DNA of 64,000 nucleotides from Psilocybe cubensis (Eukaryota): NCBI GenBank assembly GCA_017499595.2, contig CM039006.1, positions 806,001 to 870,000 of the forward strand, read 5' to 3'. Shown piece by piece: positions 53,623 to 64,000 of this stretch (position 1 is its first letter; each line of letters starts with the position of its first letter). The notes under the pieces were generated by a model. It saw only the letters and a program-made list of their open reading frames with translations, ran no database searches and was not told where the DNA came from. The position numbers and the translations under genes were made by a program.

Positions 53623-56378
53623 ATGAACAAGCCAACTGGAGATTATGAGGCCGAGTTTACATCCGAGCAGAACATGCCAGTTCAATGTAATCGATGCAAA
53701 CAGCAATTTGCACCGGGTACCCGGCTTCAATGGATGCATAATAAGCATCAAGGCGAAGGGCGTTACCTTTGTGGCTCATGCTACGAATACTATTTATCGA
53801 AGAAAACGACGATACGTCGTGATAACAATCAGGATCACAGTTAGTCTATCTTTAATATTTATTGTTAATTGACTTTATAATCTTTATTAGAGTCCGAAAT
53901 AGCAGCTCGTAATGTTAGAGCTTTGCCGGTTGCTTCAGCTGCCGCTCATGTTGGTCGTGGTGAGTAATGTTTAATCTTTAGAATAATGGTTTCTTATTTA
54001 AATTGAAAATTGATAGTAGATAATGCTGCAACTTCAGAAGCAGCTATAGTCCAGAAGCATATTGCTGCAGCGCAGCGTGATGGTAAGTTAACCAACTATC
54101 TGGTAATGTCCAAATCTGAACAATAATTAGAGCGCCTTGCACCTGTTGTTGCTGTGGGAAGAAATATTACACAGAGTGTTGCATATGGTTCTCCAGTCAC
54201 AAATAGGCCTGCTCGACAACAAGGCGTTAGCTCCTTCGGAGCTCTGTCTGGTCCTGGATCAACTGTTGTGAATGTCGGTCTCAAAGCCAAATCGCTTACC
54301 TTTCCACAAAAGGATTTACTCAATCCGGGCTATCAAGAAGCACATGGATTCTATAACGAGATGCGCCAACATTTTGCGGCTATGGCATATAGCTCCGCAG
54401 CCAATGCAGAGCTTGTAGTGGTCAAAGTTTGGCTTTCTGTCCGTGTTCCGACCAAAAAAAGCCCAGTCCATATTGCTGTAAGTAATTTGGTTCTTATTTC
54501 TATAATATATTCAGTTTAATATTGGTAAATTTTAGGGTCTTCATGAGGCCGTTTCAAATATTCCAGTTCATATAGGTCTAACTGATCTTAAACGGGTAAT
54601 GTATTATGCTTTACTTCCTCAATTTTTGGAATGGTCAAAGGGGTTCCCTTTGCGTATCGATGACTGTGTTGTTAGGAATAAGTTATGGGTTGAACTTATT
54701 CCAAAACAGCCAGATGTTGATGCTATATCGGAACACTTTTTCAGTTTCAAAGGTCGGAATAAGCTTTCAAAGATTTTTACTCCGAAGCAAGGAATTGAAC
54801 TATACCTTTGTATTACTCACCGCCTTTATGAGTCTATAATAGACCATATAACGGAGCCAAAGGAAACTTCTCATCAAGGGAATGATGAAATGCAGGTAAG
54901 TGTTTTATTACGTTTCTTTTGTAATAAGAATGACTAATATATTTTAAAGCCTTCAGCTTCGCTTCATGGAAGTATAGCATCTAAGGCTGTAAAGCGCAAA
55001 TATTGGGAATCAGATGTTAGTAAACATTTTTGTTCTACTTACGATTATAGACTTACTGCAATTTTAGAATTTTGAGGCTGATCCAGTAGAGGGTCCATCA
55101 CTTCAGCATACAGCAGATGAGCTAAAAAATGCGCTTCAGCTTCAAGTCCCACCACGCAGAAAAAACATGAAATCCTTATGTAAGTTTTGAATCTTTTTCT
55201 ATGTTTAAAGTTTTAGAACATGTACTAAATTCATGTTATCTATAGTTCAGACAGTTATTGAAGATGTTTCGTTCTTCAAACTACCACCTCCAGTTTCATT
55301 CAGCAACTTGGTTAAAAATCCAGATGAGCTCCAAAATCCCCAGCACTTTGCACCAATGAACGCAACTATTTCCTATGATCCTTCAGCTATACCATTTAAA
55401 GGAGCATTCAAATTGGCTCGCGTGGGATATACATCTACGCCCTTTCTCGGCGGTAGACTTTCAAATACTCGTATTTGTATCAAGCAAATATTTGGTGGTA
55501 TTGACCCAGTAACAGAGAAGCCTATTGTTTACGAGGGTCAAACTCAGGCCAAAAAGGTCAGCATTGAATTGAACTGTCTTGGTTGGGCATCTGCTCTTAT
55601 GGAACTCGTCTATCAGTAAGCTTTTATTCTCAAATATGCTAAAAAGGTTCCAATTGCACTAATGCATGGTAAATTTATTAGGTTTATTCAAAGGGAAAAG
55701 CGCACCAGAGGAGTGCCTCCTTTTACTATTCCGGTTATGCGCTACGTCAACTCAGGTCTTGCTATCTCCAAAACCAACAATGCCAATGTCTACCTTTTGG
55801 AAGAATACATCGAAAGCAAATCTCCTACTGGTGATGCATGGTTTGTGAAATATCTCAATAATAGCTCAGCACGCCCCGTTTATTTCACAAATCCGGAACA
55901 AAATGAACGGTCACAATTCCTCTCGTTTGCACAACACATTCAGTATATTGAGACAAAGGGACTTGCCTTTGTTTCTGATTTTCAAGGCATGTATATCTTG
56001 TTTACTAAATTGTTACTTTTCTAACTAGTGCAATTCCTGATTGTTATAGGAGGACGAACCCTTCTAACAGATCCTCAAATTATAACTCATCCGTCAGTAA
56101 CCAGTTAATTTACATATAGCGGTAGCTGATATTAGCCTTATTGTTTTAGCTCAATACCAGGCCTTATATTTGGTGACGGAAACACAAAATTTGAAACATT
56201 TGCTCTCGAGCACGATTGTAACAAATTTTGTCAATTTTTTGGACTTCCTAAAATTGACCGACCTCGTATCAATCTGGCCGACATTCCACCGCTAGTGGAA
56301 TCGGATTCACTTCCCAGCCAAATTCGTCGTCAGAAAAGCGATTCCGGGAGTGCAGATATGGAATTATTGGAGGATTAA
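53623..56378 (+). CDS. Alpha-kinase (eEF2K/MHCK-type) family protein with an N-terminal CxxC...CxxC zinc ribbon; intron-rich
   Basis: FKGAFKLA, ICIKQ, YLLEEYI, FVKYLNN, FLSFAQHIQY, VSDFQG, LLTDPQI, FGDGN and HDCNKFC correspond to alpha-kinase subdomains and the C-terminal Zn site. CNRC...CGSC in exon 1. Confidence 0.85.
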
Positions 56379-56999
56379 TAGCTTTCTTCAGACATGCTCT
56401 TAAATTGCTGAAGTCTTGTGTGCCATAATAAATGAATTGTGTGACAAAACTAATATTCTAAACAATGATCCTAGTAAATAAAATGATACACAGAGTGAGC
56501 GATCAGACAAAACTAGCAGCACGGCAAGCCAATTGCTGGATACCATCCTGCTCGAAGACGTGCTTTGTAACTAAATGTGACGTGACTCGATTTTGTCACA
56601 GGCTCTTGGTTGATTATTCTGACGTGTCTTAACTTGTGCTTTGTCGCCTCCCCTCCACTGACGCTCTCTCTGGCAACACTAAGAGGTTCACCGGTGTTTT
56701 TGAAAGCCTGCTGCTCACTTCATAACACCAAGGATCATCCCTGGGCCAGGGTTATGGTGTGAGCAGCAGTTAATCAAACACAGTGGTGCCACAGGATGTT
56801 CTTTACTGCCCGCCCATGCCACAACAAGCAGCCTGTTCAAACCAGCAACAAGGGAAAGGTGGAGGGGGTAAAGGGGAGGCCCATGAAATGGGGGACCCAT
56901 AAGGTGTGTAACCTGCCATTTTCAGTGGCAAACATCACTTCTAACATCTATGAATAGGGCCCTACTTGCCCCCACCCCCTCCCTCACAGTTTGCACCAA

Positions 57000-57490
57000 T
57001 TAAGACGTCGGTGGGCATGTCTCTGCCGCCGCCGCCCTCCTCCGTTCGACGAGCAGCATAACTGCTCGTCCCTGCCGCCGCCGCCTTCCTCGTTTTTGCC
57101 GCCGCTGCCCTCCTCCGTTCGACGAGCATATGCTGTAATGCCTCAACCTCTCCGTCAGGTACGTACCATTGTTTTCAAAGCTTCCCAGACCTGCATCTCA
57201 TCTCTTGTCAGCAGACACTGCCTGCTTCGTCGTGGTATTAGGGGGTAAAGGTCCGCCGCCATCGATCTTTCGACGCCGGCGGGCATGTCTCTGCCGCCGC
57301 CGCGGCCCTCCTCTGTTCGACGAGCAGCTTATACTGCTCATCTCTGCCGCCGCGGTCCTCCTCCGTTCGCCCTCCTCTGCTTGACGAGCAGCTTATGCGG
57401 CTCATCTCTGCCACCGCCGCCCTCCTCTGTTCGACGAGCAGGCTGGTCGTCTCTGCCGCCGCCGCCTTTGACAACAACGAGCAGCAGGAC
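57000..57490. repeat. GC-rich degenerate tandem repeats within the transposon
   Basis: Recurring unit TCTCTGCCGCCGCCGCCCTCCTC(C/T)GTTCGACGAGCAG in about 5-6 copies. Confidence 0.75.
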
Positions 57491-58459
57491 CCTGCTGCTC
57501 GGTATCTCCAACGTCCCCGTCGCCACTTAACCCATCGACGACCAGCGACCAGCAGCTGCTGGTTGTCGCGTCTCCCCCGCCTCCTCCTCTTCTTCTTTTG
57601 CCTATCAATCCCTGCCGCTGCCGCTTCAATCCCTAACGCCCCGCCGCCGCCGCCCCATTGTAGTCGGCGTCCAACCAAATCGCCGCCAGCGCCCATCCCA
57701 ACAAGGCCTCCGCCTTCACCACTGCCGCTGCCGCCGCCGGTACCCATCCGTTTGACAACGAACAGTAGCGTCGCTGATCTACTTCCCCTTCCCTAATGAC
57801 CAGCCTGTTGCTGGTTGTCGTCTTCACACCCGCCGCCGCTCTGCCATTAACAACCATCCCCCTCTCCACCTCCCTCGAAAACCATCAGCTGGAGCTAACG
57901 TTTTCTGCTCTTGGCTCGCGCGACAGACGTCCTTCAAGTTGTCTACATCCCCACCGCCGCCCCCACCTTCCTCGACGACGCCCTGCTGCTGCCTCCGTCT
58001 AAGACCAGCATTATCTCCCCTCCCTTGACGACCAGCAGCCTCACGCTGCTGGTCTCCTGCTTTACCCTTTGACAATAGGGCTGCTGCTGCCCACGCCTCC
58101 CACACCACCTTCTCGACGACGACCCGCAGCATGACGGTGCTGCTCTGTGTCACCACCACCCGGCTTCTTTTGTCAACTATCCCTGCCACTGAAATGTCCC
58201 CTCCCTCTCGCCACCTCCACTTTCTCCCTCTCAACTCCCCGCCGGCGCCACCTCGAAGTCAATAATGTTTTTTTTTCTTTTCACAACATGTGACTGACTG
58301 TCAGAGACATGGCTCAGTTGGTACGCGCTGCATTATTCTCATCTTGTCGCCTCGATAAAAAAGCTTTGTAAAGGCCATGCTGTAAGCAATGGCCTACCCT
58401 GGACAAGTTATTGTGTAGTCAATACTAGACTAAGTAATGTATTGGATTTACTGTATTAT

Positions 58460-60191
58460 TTATTCTTCCTCTGTATCTGTAAATGAAGCATAATTTCCAT
58501 CATCTGAGTATTCCTGCAACCCAACAACTTTATCGCCTTGTCGCAAGTCTTTCATTCCATCAAGTAAAGATATTTCCTCTTGATCAATACCTTGTTCTTC
58601 AGCAACACGCGCAGTCAGAACAACTTCAATTTCTTCATCAACTTCACCACGAAAGCGCTCGAGCATGGTACGATAAATTTCCCAAAAACTGACCATTGTT
58701 ACCTCAGGAGTTCCAATGTCCTCATAAATCTTTCTGGCTCGTTCGTCAAAGGCGGGTGGTGTAAGTTGAAAAACTGGGTGATCTTTGGGTGCATACTCGT
58801 TTTCAAGGTCATCAAGAAGGTCTTCTGTAACAGGAATCTAATGCATTCAATGTAAATTGAATTTCTGATCTATAGCATCTACACAATAAACATACCTTAA
58901 AGTCAAGAGCATTGAATTTTTCGGGCTTGGTGCGAATTAACAGAGGAGCACCTAGTGGGAGAATTTTCTTGCGGTCTGAACGCGGTGCCGTTCGATTTTT
59001 GGTATTTGCCCACTTGTCGAGCTCGTTTTGCAGCCATGGAATTGCAATCCAGCGGAAAACCAAGCTATGTAAACAATAATTAAAACAGAAATCACAAAAA
59101 ATTATGACCAAACATACTTTTCAACGACATTGGTAACTTCATACCATCCAGAAACAACTCCTTGTTGGAACAAATCCTCATAACCAGGAGCAAAGTCACG
59201 ACGAAATACCGACCAATTGATTTCAGGCTTGATGTTGGCCTTATGCCGGAGCCACCGATGCTGCAGAGTCCCGACAAGAGTGGGATCAAGCCGGTGTCGG
59301 GCCAAAGTTTGAACGTTGGCTACACCAAAATTTTCTGATCCTGGGTCACTTTGCGTTGTAAGAGGAATAGCTGTTTAAAATTTACTTTATTCAGTAAAAA
59401 TAATAGAAGACCACAATTAAACCTACCGCCATATTTGCGAGCTGTATCAATAAAATAACCTGCAATTAAACGGGGATTCTTGTTGGTCCACCATACCTTT
59501 AACCAATTCAGGAAGCCAGTGAATGGATCTGCACTGTGGTGAAGCCACAGTCCAAACCGAGGACCCCATTTGTCATGTTGGTCTTGGGCCCAAGTATCGT
59601 TAACACCAGCAGCATGGTAGCGTCTGCGTTTGAATCTACGAGCCTTCCGAGCCTTTAGCGCGTCGGGCTCAGTCATTTGAAGATATTTATAAACAAGACT
59701 TCTAGTATAGACTATGTTTGAGCAAGTTCTTCCAAAATGATGATATTCAATTCATACCGAGGAACTCTGATATTAAACTCAACCCGTAGCTGCTTCCTAA
59801 TCATTTCCACACCTCGAGTAGGAAATCTAGTTCGCATTTCCTGAATGGCGGGGGCAATTGACTCCAAGGTGTGCTCTTGTTGTCGAGTACTGAGAAGATC
59901 CCACTTTTTTCTAAGCCTCTTAATGCTCGACACACTAGAAGTAGATTAATTGATACGTAGTCCCGTGTCCGTAGAGGTAATAACAACGCACCTTAGGCCA
60001 TACAATTCTGTATTGTAATGGTCTTTCATGTTGTCCTGAATCTCACGATCGTTCTGACCTAGATCATAGTAGAACTGTACATATTCCTTGATTTCATCCT
60101 CAGGGGCTTGTGGATCAATAGATGACTTTAGTTTCTATTAGCTATCGTACAAAACACAAGACTTACGAAGTGGTTTATGCTGGTTCGGCAT
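58460..60191 (-). CDS. DDE transposase (integrase-core, IS3/IS481-related), multi-exon, apparently intact
   Basis: MPNQHKPLP start and HTH-like N-terminal region. KRRRYHAAGVNDTWAQDQHDK (D1), QSDPGSEN (D2), ANIKPEINW (E). Exons splice in frame to ...FTDTEEE*. Confidence 0.88.
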
Positions 60192-61265
60192 TGATTTTAA
60201 TGCAAAAAGAATAGTAGAGACGGCGCTGAGTAGGGATTTTCAATTGTCCCCCTATCACGATGAGAAACAAGGTAGGAAAATATATTTCATTCAGAATAGG
60301 AGTCTACGGATAACACAAGCATGTTTTAGCTAGACGTTAGCAGGATCGGCCATCACGCGGCATGAGCCAAACATTGAGCAGATCAGTCTGGCTTTCCATA
60401 AAGTTGAAGTTAAGGATTGTGTCTACGAGTTATATAATGTGTCGTAGTTGGACTTTGTTTTCCTGGAGTCTTATTCTTCCATCGTAAATATTCTTTCTAG
60501 ATATTTTCCCAGTTCCGCGTTCATTGGTTGTTGTGCATCGAAGTATTAGGGTTTGTCGGAATTTTCAGAATAGCCTTTCAAGGGCCGAAATGCCGATAAG
60601 GCGCCGGCAGCCTTGCAATTTGAAAGGTCGTCTACTTAAGAGGGAGCTTACCTTACAATGTTGCGCCTTATGAAGAATAAATTAGTCCTACAAGGAATTC
60701 TGTGTCTTATAAGAATGATATACATTACAAGGGTGTTTGAGTATTACAAGGGCATTTCACTATTATAAGACGAAGTAGCATTAGCAAGAAAAGTAAGGGC
60801 CATGTAAGCTTGCACTGACCTTATGATGAATCGCTCTACCTCAACCTTACCTTTCGAAATTATTGCACAAGACGGGATTGGAACGCTCGCATACCTTGTA
60901 ACTAGAGCCAAACTTACCACTACACCAAGAAGACGTACTTAAAATAGCAAATTAATTACTCTCAACCCTTCATTTGACCGTCAGGACTCTGAATCGTAGA
61001 TTGTTGTATTTGAAGTAGCGACGGCAGCTCTAAGTAACCGTTCTGTTCAGCGGCTTTATCGACCTATAGAGCGTGCTTTGGAGCAATAAGAAACATGTTT
61101 ATAAAGCAACTATACTATTTCTAATATAATTGCAACTTGAATCTGGCAAAGAAGTGACAAGCATGCGAGTTGAATCGCCTAGTATACAAGTTAAGAGATG
61201 TTAAATGTAACGAGTCAAATGAGAAATAGCACATATCAGGCACAAAAAAAATACTATCAAGGTCT

Positions 61266-63360
61266 CTACTTGCCCCTTTGCACATTGCGAGAGCTTGCAC
61301 GAGTAGCACGCACCCTATTACCCGGTACTAGAGTATTATCGGCCTCAAGTGGTGCTGCTTTCTTTTTTCCTGCACGCTTCTTTGGAGCTGACAATTGCTG
61401 AGGGACAGGAACATCTAAATTTAAAGTCACGGTAAGCGACGTGAGAGGCACGGAGGCTGTGTCAATACCTGGGGTAGATGGCATATTTCGGGGTATGCTT
61501 GTAGAAGCTGGTGGCCTGGGATTGCTTGATTGAGCGGATGGTGTGGGAGCGTGTTCAATTGGTAAATAAACAGTAGTAATGTCATGATGTGCCGCTGGTG
61601 GATTTGTGCCAGGTGAAAGCGTGAGACTTGGATGCATGTTGCCGTCGTCAGATTCGGCCTCATTTGTGTCAGATTCCACAATGTGAGAAGAATCAACTGC
61701 TGAAGAGAATCGTGTAATAGAACTTGATGGATGGAACTCCTCCTCGCTATCTGTCTTCTCGGCCTCAACCTCGGTTGTAATAGCATCCGGATCCGCAATA
61801 GAAGATTGGCGAGTGAAGTTGGCAATCATGGTACCAACTGGATCCAGAGTGTTCGGAATCAAAATTACGGTAGGGTGAGGTGCAACAAGCTGCTGTGGCA
61901 AGTTATTGGAGGCTTGATGGGGGAAAAGTGTCGCATCCCAGAATTTGAAGAGAGAGGTGAGAGAGGAGTATTGTGTTATAAGGTACTTTGTGTACATATC
62001 GTGTTGTGAAAGATATTTCCGTCCAGTACGAGAGCCAACACCACTGCTTGTAAATTCAATATCATCGGACAGAGTGTAGACTGCCTGCATAATAGACCCA
62101 TATTAGTTACAAGTAATGCATAGAAAATGTAAAATACATACCGCTGTACAGCACCAGGCAATAAATCCAGGTGTTGTGCAAGTAGGACGTTTGTCGATGT
62201 GCAAAAATGGACTGTCTTCGCGCATACGGCGAACCACTCCTTCCTTCAAAGCAGTTGGCCCATAAATAGTTAGCTTTCCAATCTACGGTATCATGATTTG
62301 TTATCAGGAGTAGAATACGAGACATTTGGAATAAACTTACATCGAGCAAATATTGGCTTTTAAATAATCCGAGGATATTTTGTCCATCTCCATTGGCAAA
62401 AAGAACCGGAGGAAATACCTCGACTGTTTCATTTTCGTATACAAGAAATGGGTCGCCAGTTTGCTGATTGCGCCTACAGGTTCCACCAAGAAGACGCTGA
62501 ATTTCAGGATGCTCACTGAGATACGTAATAGGTGGATTGGCTGTGCTGATTCTAGTTGATGCTGATGATGTAGGGCGTGATGACACTGACTTCTGCGCGG
62601 TTTCTGAGACCGACGAAGCGGATTTGGATTTGGATGGAGCTGATCTTGTTGCCAAAAATACTTCGGAGGGAATAGTGGGAAATACTGCAGTGGCGAGAGT
62701 TCGTATCTTGTTTAGTACGGTGGATCTTATATCAGACATTGCCTTTGTGAACTGATAAACAGTAAACATTAAACTAGACATTGAGCTGAATTAGAATATC
62801 TGCGAGAACATACCGTCGATATGGCTATATCCATATTCTCGCCACCCAAAATTGAATGATATTTAGAAGGAAAGTTCGCATATAACTCGGCTATATGACC
62901 GAGATCGAGCTTTGACATGTCGGAGTAGCGTTTACGCGCATCGCTAGGCAGGAACGGTGGTTTGGGATGCCCAAAAAGTGTTTTAGGAATGATGGGACGA
63001 ATGAATATGGCGTGATACTTGGCCAAGTGCTGGATGTCCTTGGTAAGATTTTCTTCCGCCGAGCAGTCCGGGACGTTGGCCGAAATCTTTTTCTTCTTTA
63101 CAAGAAGCATTTTGGCGTTGGTGAGTTCTTCTTGAAGCTCTCGAATTTTAGCTTCCAGCTGACGGATGGTGATTTGTTGACTTTGAACTTGCTACAAAGC
63201 ATAAATGTTAACATTTTAGTCTGATTAAAGATGAATGTAGGTCAATACACACCTTTGAAAGCTCTTCAGTCGTTGGATGACTGAACTGAATGCCTGGAAT
63301 TGTACTTTCTCCGGCCACAGAACTAGGAACTATGGAAGAGGTTGATGATAGAGTAGACAT
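61266..63360 (-). CDS. Hypothetical multi-exon protein (start uncertain), possibly transposon-associated
   Basis: Consecutive minus-strand ORFs (63110-62769, 62781-62107, 62090-61266) joined by GT-AG introns. Coiled-coil-like N-terminal part and S/P/T-rich tail with a basic KKRAGKKK stretch. No domain recognised. Confidence 0.55.
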
Positions 63361-64000
63361 TGATGTGAAGAGATGGATTGGATAGCTTGGAATATAACAA
63401 AGTTGCCTATGTTACTGCACAGAGTTTAGGCCTTTTATACTGTTTACTGCAACAAAAAAATGAGAAGGCTAATATTAATCATTGAGTGTGAAATGCAAGG
63501 GGCGTGAGGTGTAGTGGTTGCACGCACCCAAGTTCCAAATTAAGCGCCCTAACGGTGACATAACAAGAACGTAACATTTTGCCTTGCTGTTTTCATATAA
63601 ACGTCTAAAATTAAATATTCAAAAGATTCCACACCCTAAGACGAGCAGATGATCTCTATTCAAGATTATCTCAAGCCAATGAGGGTAACATTTAAAATGA
63701 ATGCAACATGTGTATTTAATTTCGGTGATTTTTAAATTAGACACGGTTATATGTTTTATCCAACTCACCTGATGCCTTACATATGACCACAAACTTGCTT
63801 TTATAGTTATTATCAGTACACATCGAGGCTTCCTAAACTATAAATATTTGAGATTATCATATATATGAGATTATCTAGTCTAATCGATGCACTACTTTAA
63901 TTAAATTTTATATTTGTGCTTAACTTCGTAGATTTCAAACGCCACCAGATGTCTGGATCAATGACATCTATGACAATGAAGTCATTAGCATCATTTCCAT

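Larger units (their letters stand above)
53206..60400. mobile_element. Complete IS3EU-like DNA transposon (7195 bp) carrying a transposase and an alpha-kinase
   Basis: Identical 53-bp TIRs at 53206-53258 and 60348-60400 (TATGGAAAGCCAGACTGATCTGCTC...). 6-bp TSD AAGTTG at 53200-53205 and 60401-60406. TAY...RTA ends with a 6-bp TSD and an IS3/IS481-type integrase core match the IS3EU description as I recall it. Confidence 0.88.

Noticed and set aside
56991-58234. Multiple Pro/Arg/Gly-rich ORFs on both strands
   Set aside because: Expected by chance in GC-rich repeats; no domain or coherent gene structure.

Overview
Eukaryotic DNA with short GT-AG introns. Gene content points to a mushroom-forming basidiomycete (Agaricomycetes; inferred, species not determined). 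In order, the window holds: the 3' end of a ChAPs/exomer gene; two tiny three-exon genes for secreted 48-aa Cys-rich prepropeptides that the ORF track misses, plus a relic third copy; a class I hydrophobin; aspartate kinase; a TA-flanked MITE; sphingolipid delta-4 desaturase; a 4.8-kb non-autonomous TIR element with an 8-bp TSD; two tandem D-amino-acid oxidases; and four tandem Fcy-type NCS1 permeases. A ~13-kb simple-repeat-rich island follows, containing a ~1200-aa low-complexity ORF, an Mss116-like DEAD-box helicase and a CTP synthase with low-complexity inserts. After it come an F-box gene, a MYND-finger gene, a 7.2-kb IS3EU-like transposon and a hypothetical gene. The transposon has perfect 53-bp TIRs and a 6-bp TSD, and carries an apparently intact DDE transposase plus an alpha-kinase. 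The two best candidates for new biology are (i) the micro-exon peptide family (signal peptide + X-Pro dipeptide pro-region + 16-residue C-x2-C-x-C-x5-C core) and (ii) the kinase-carrying transposon. All exon boundaries were read by eye and need RNA-seq confirmation.
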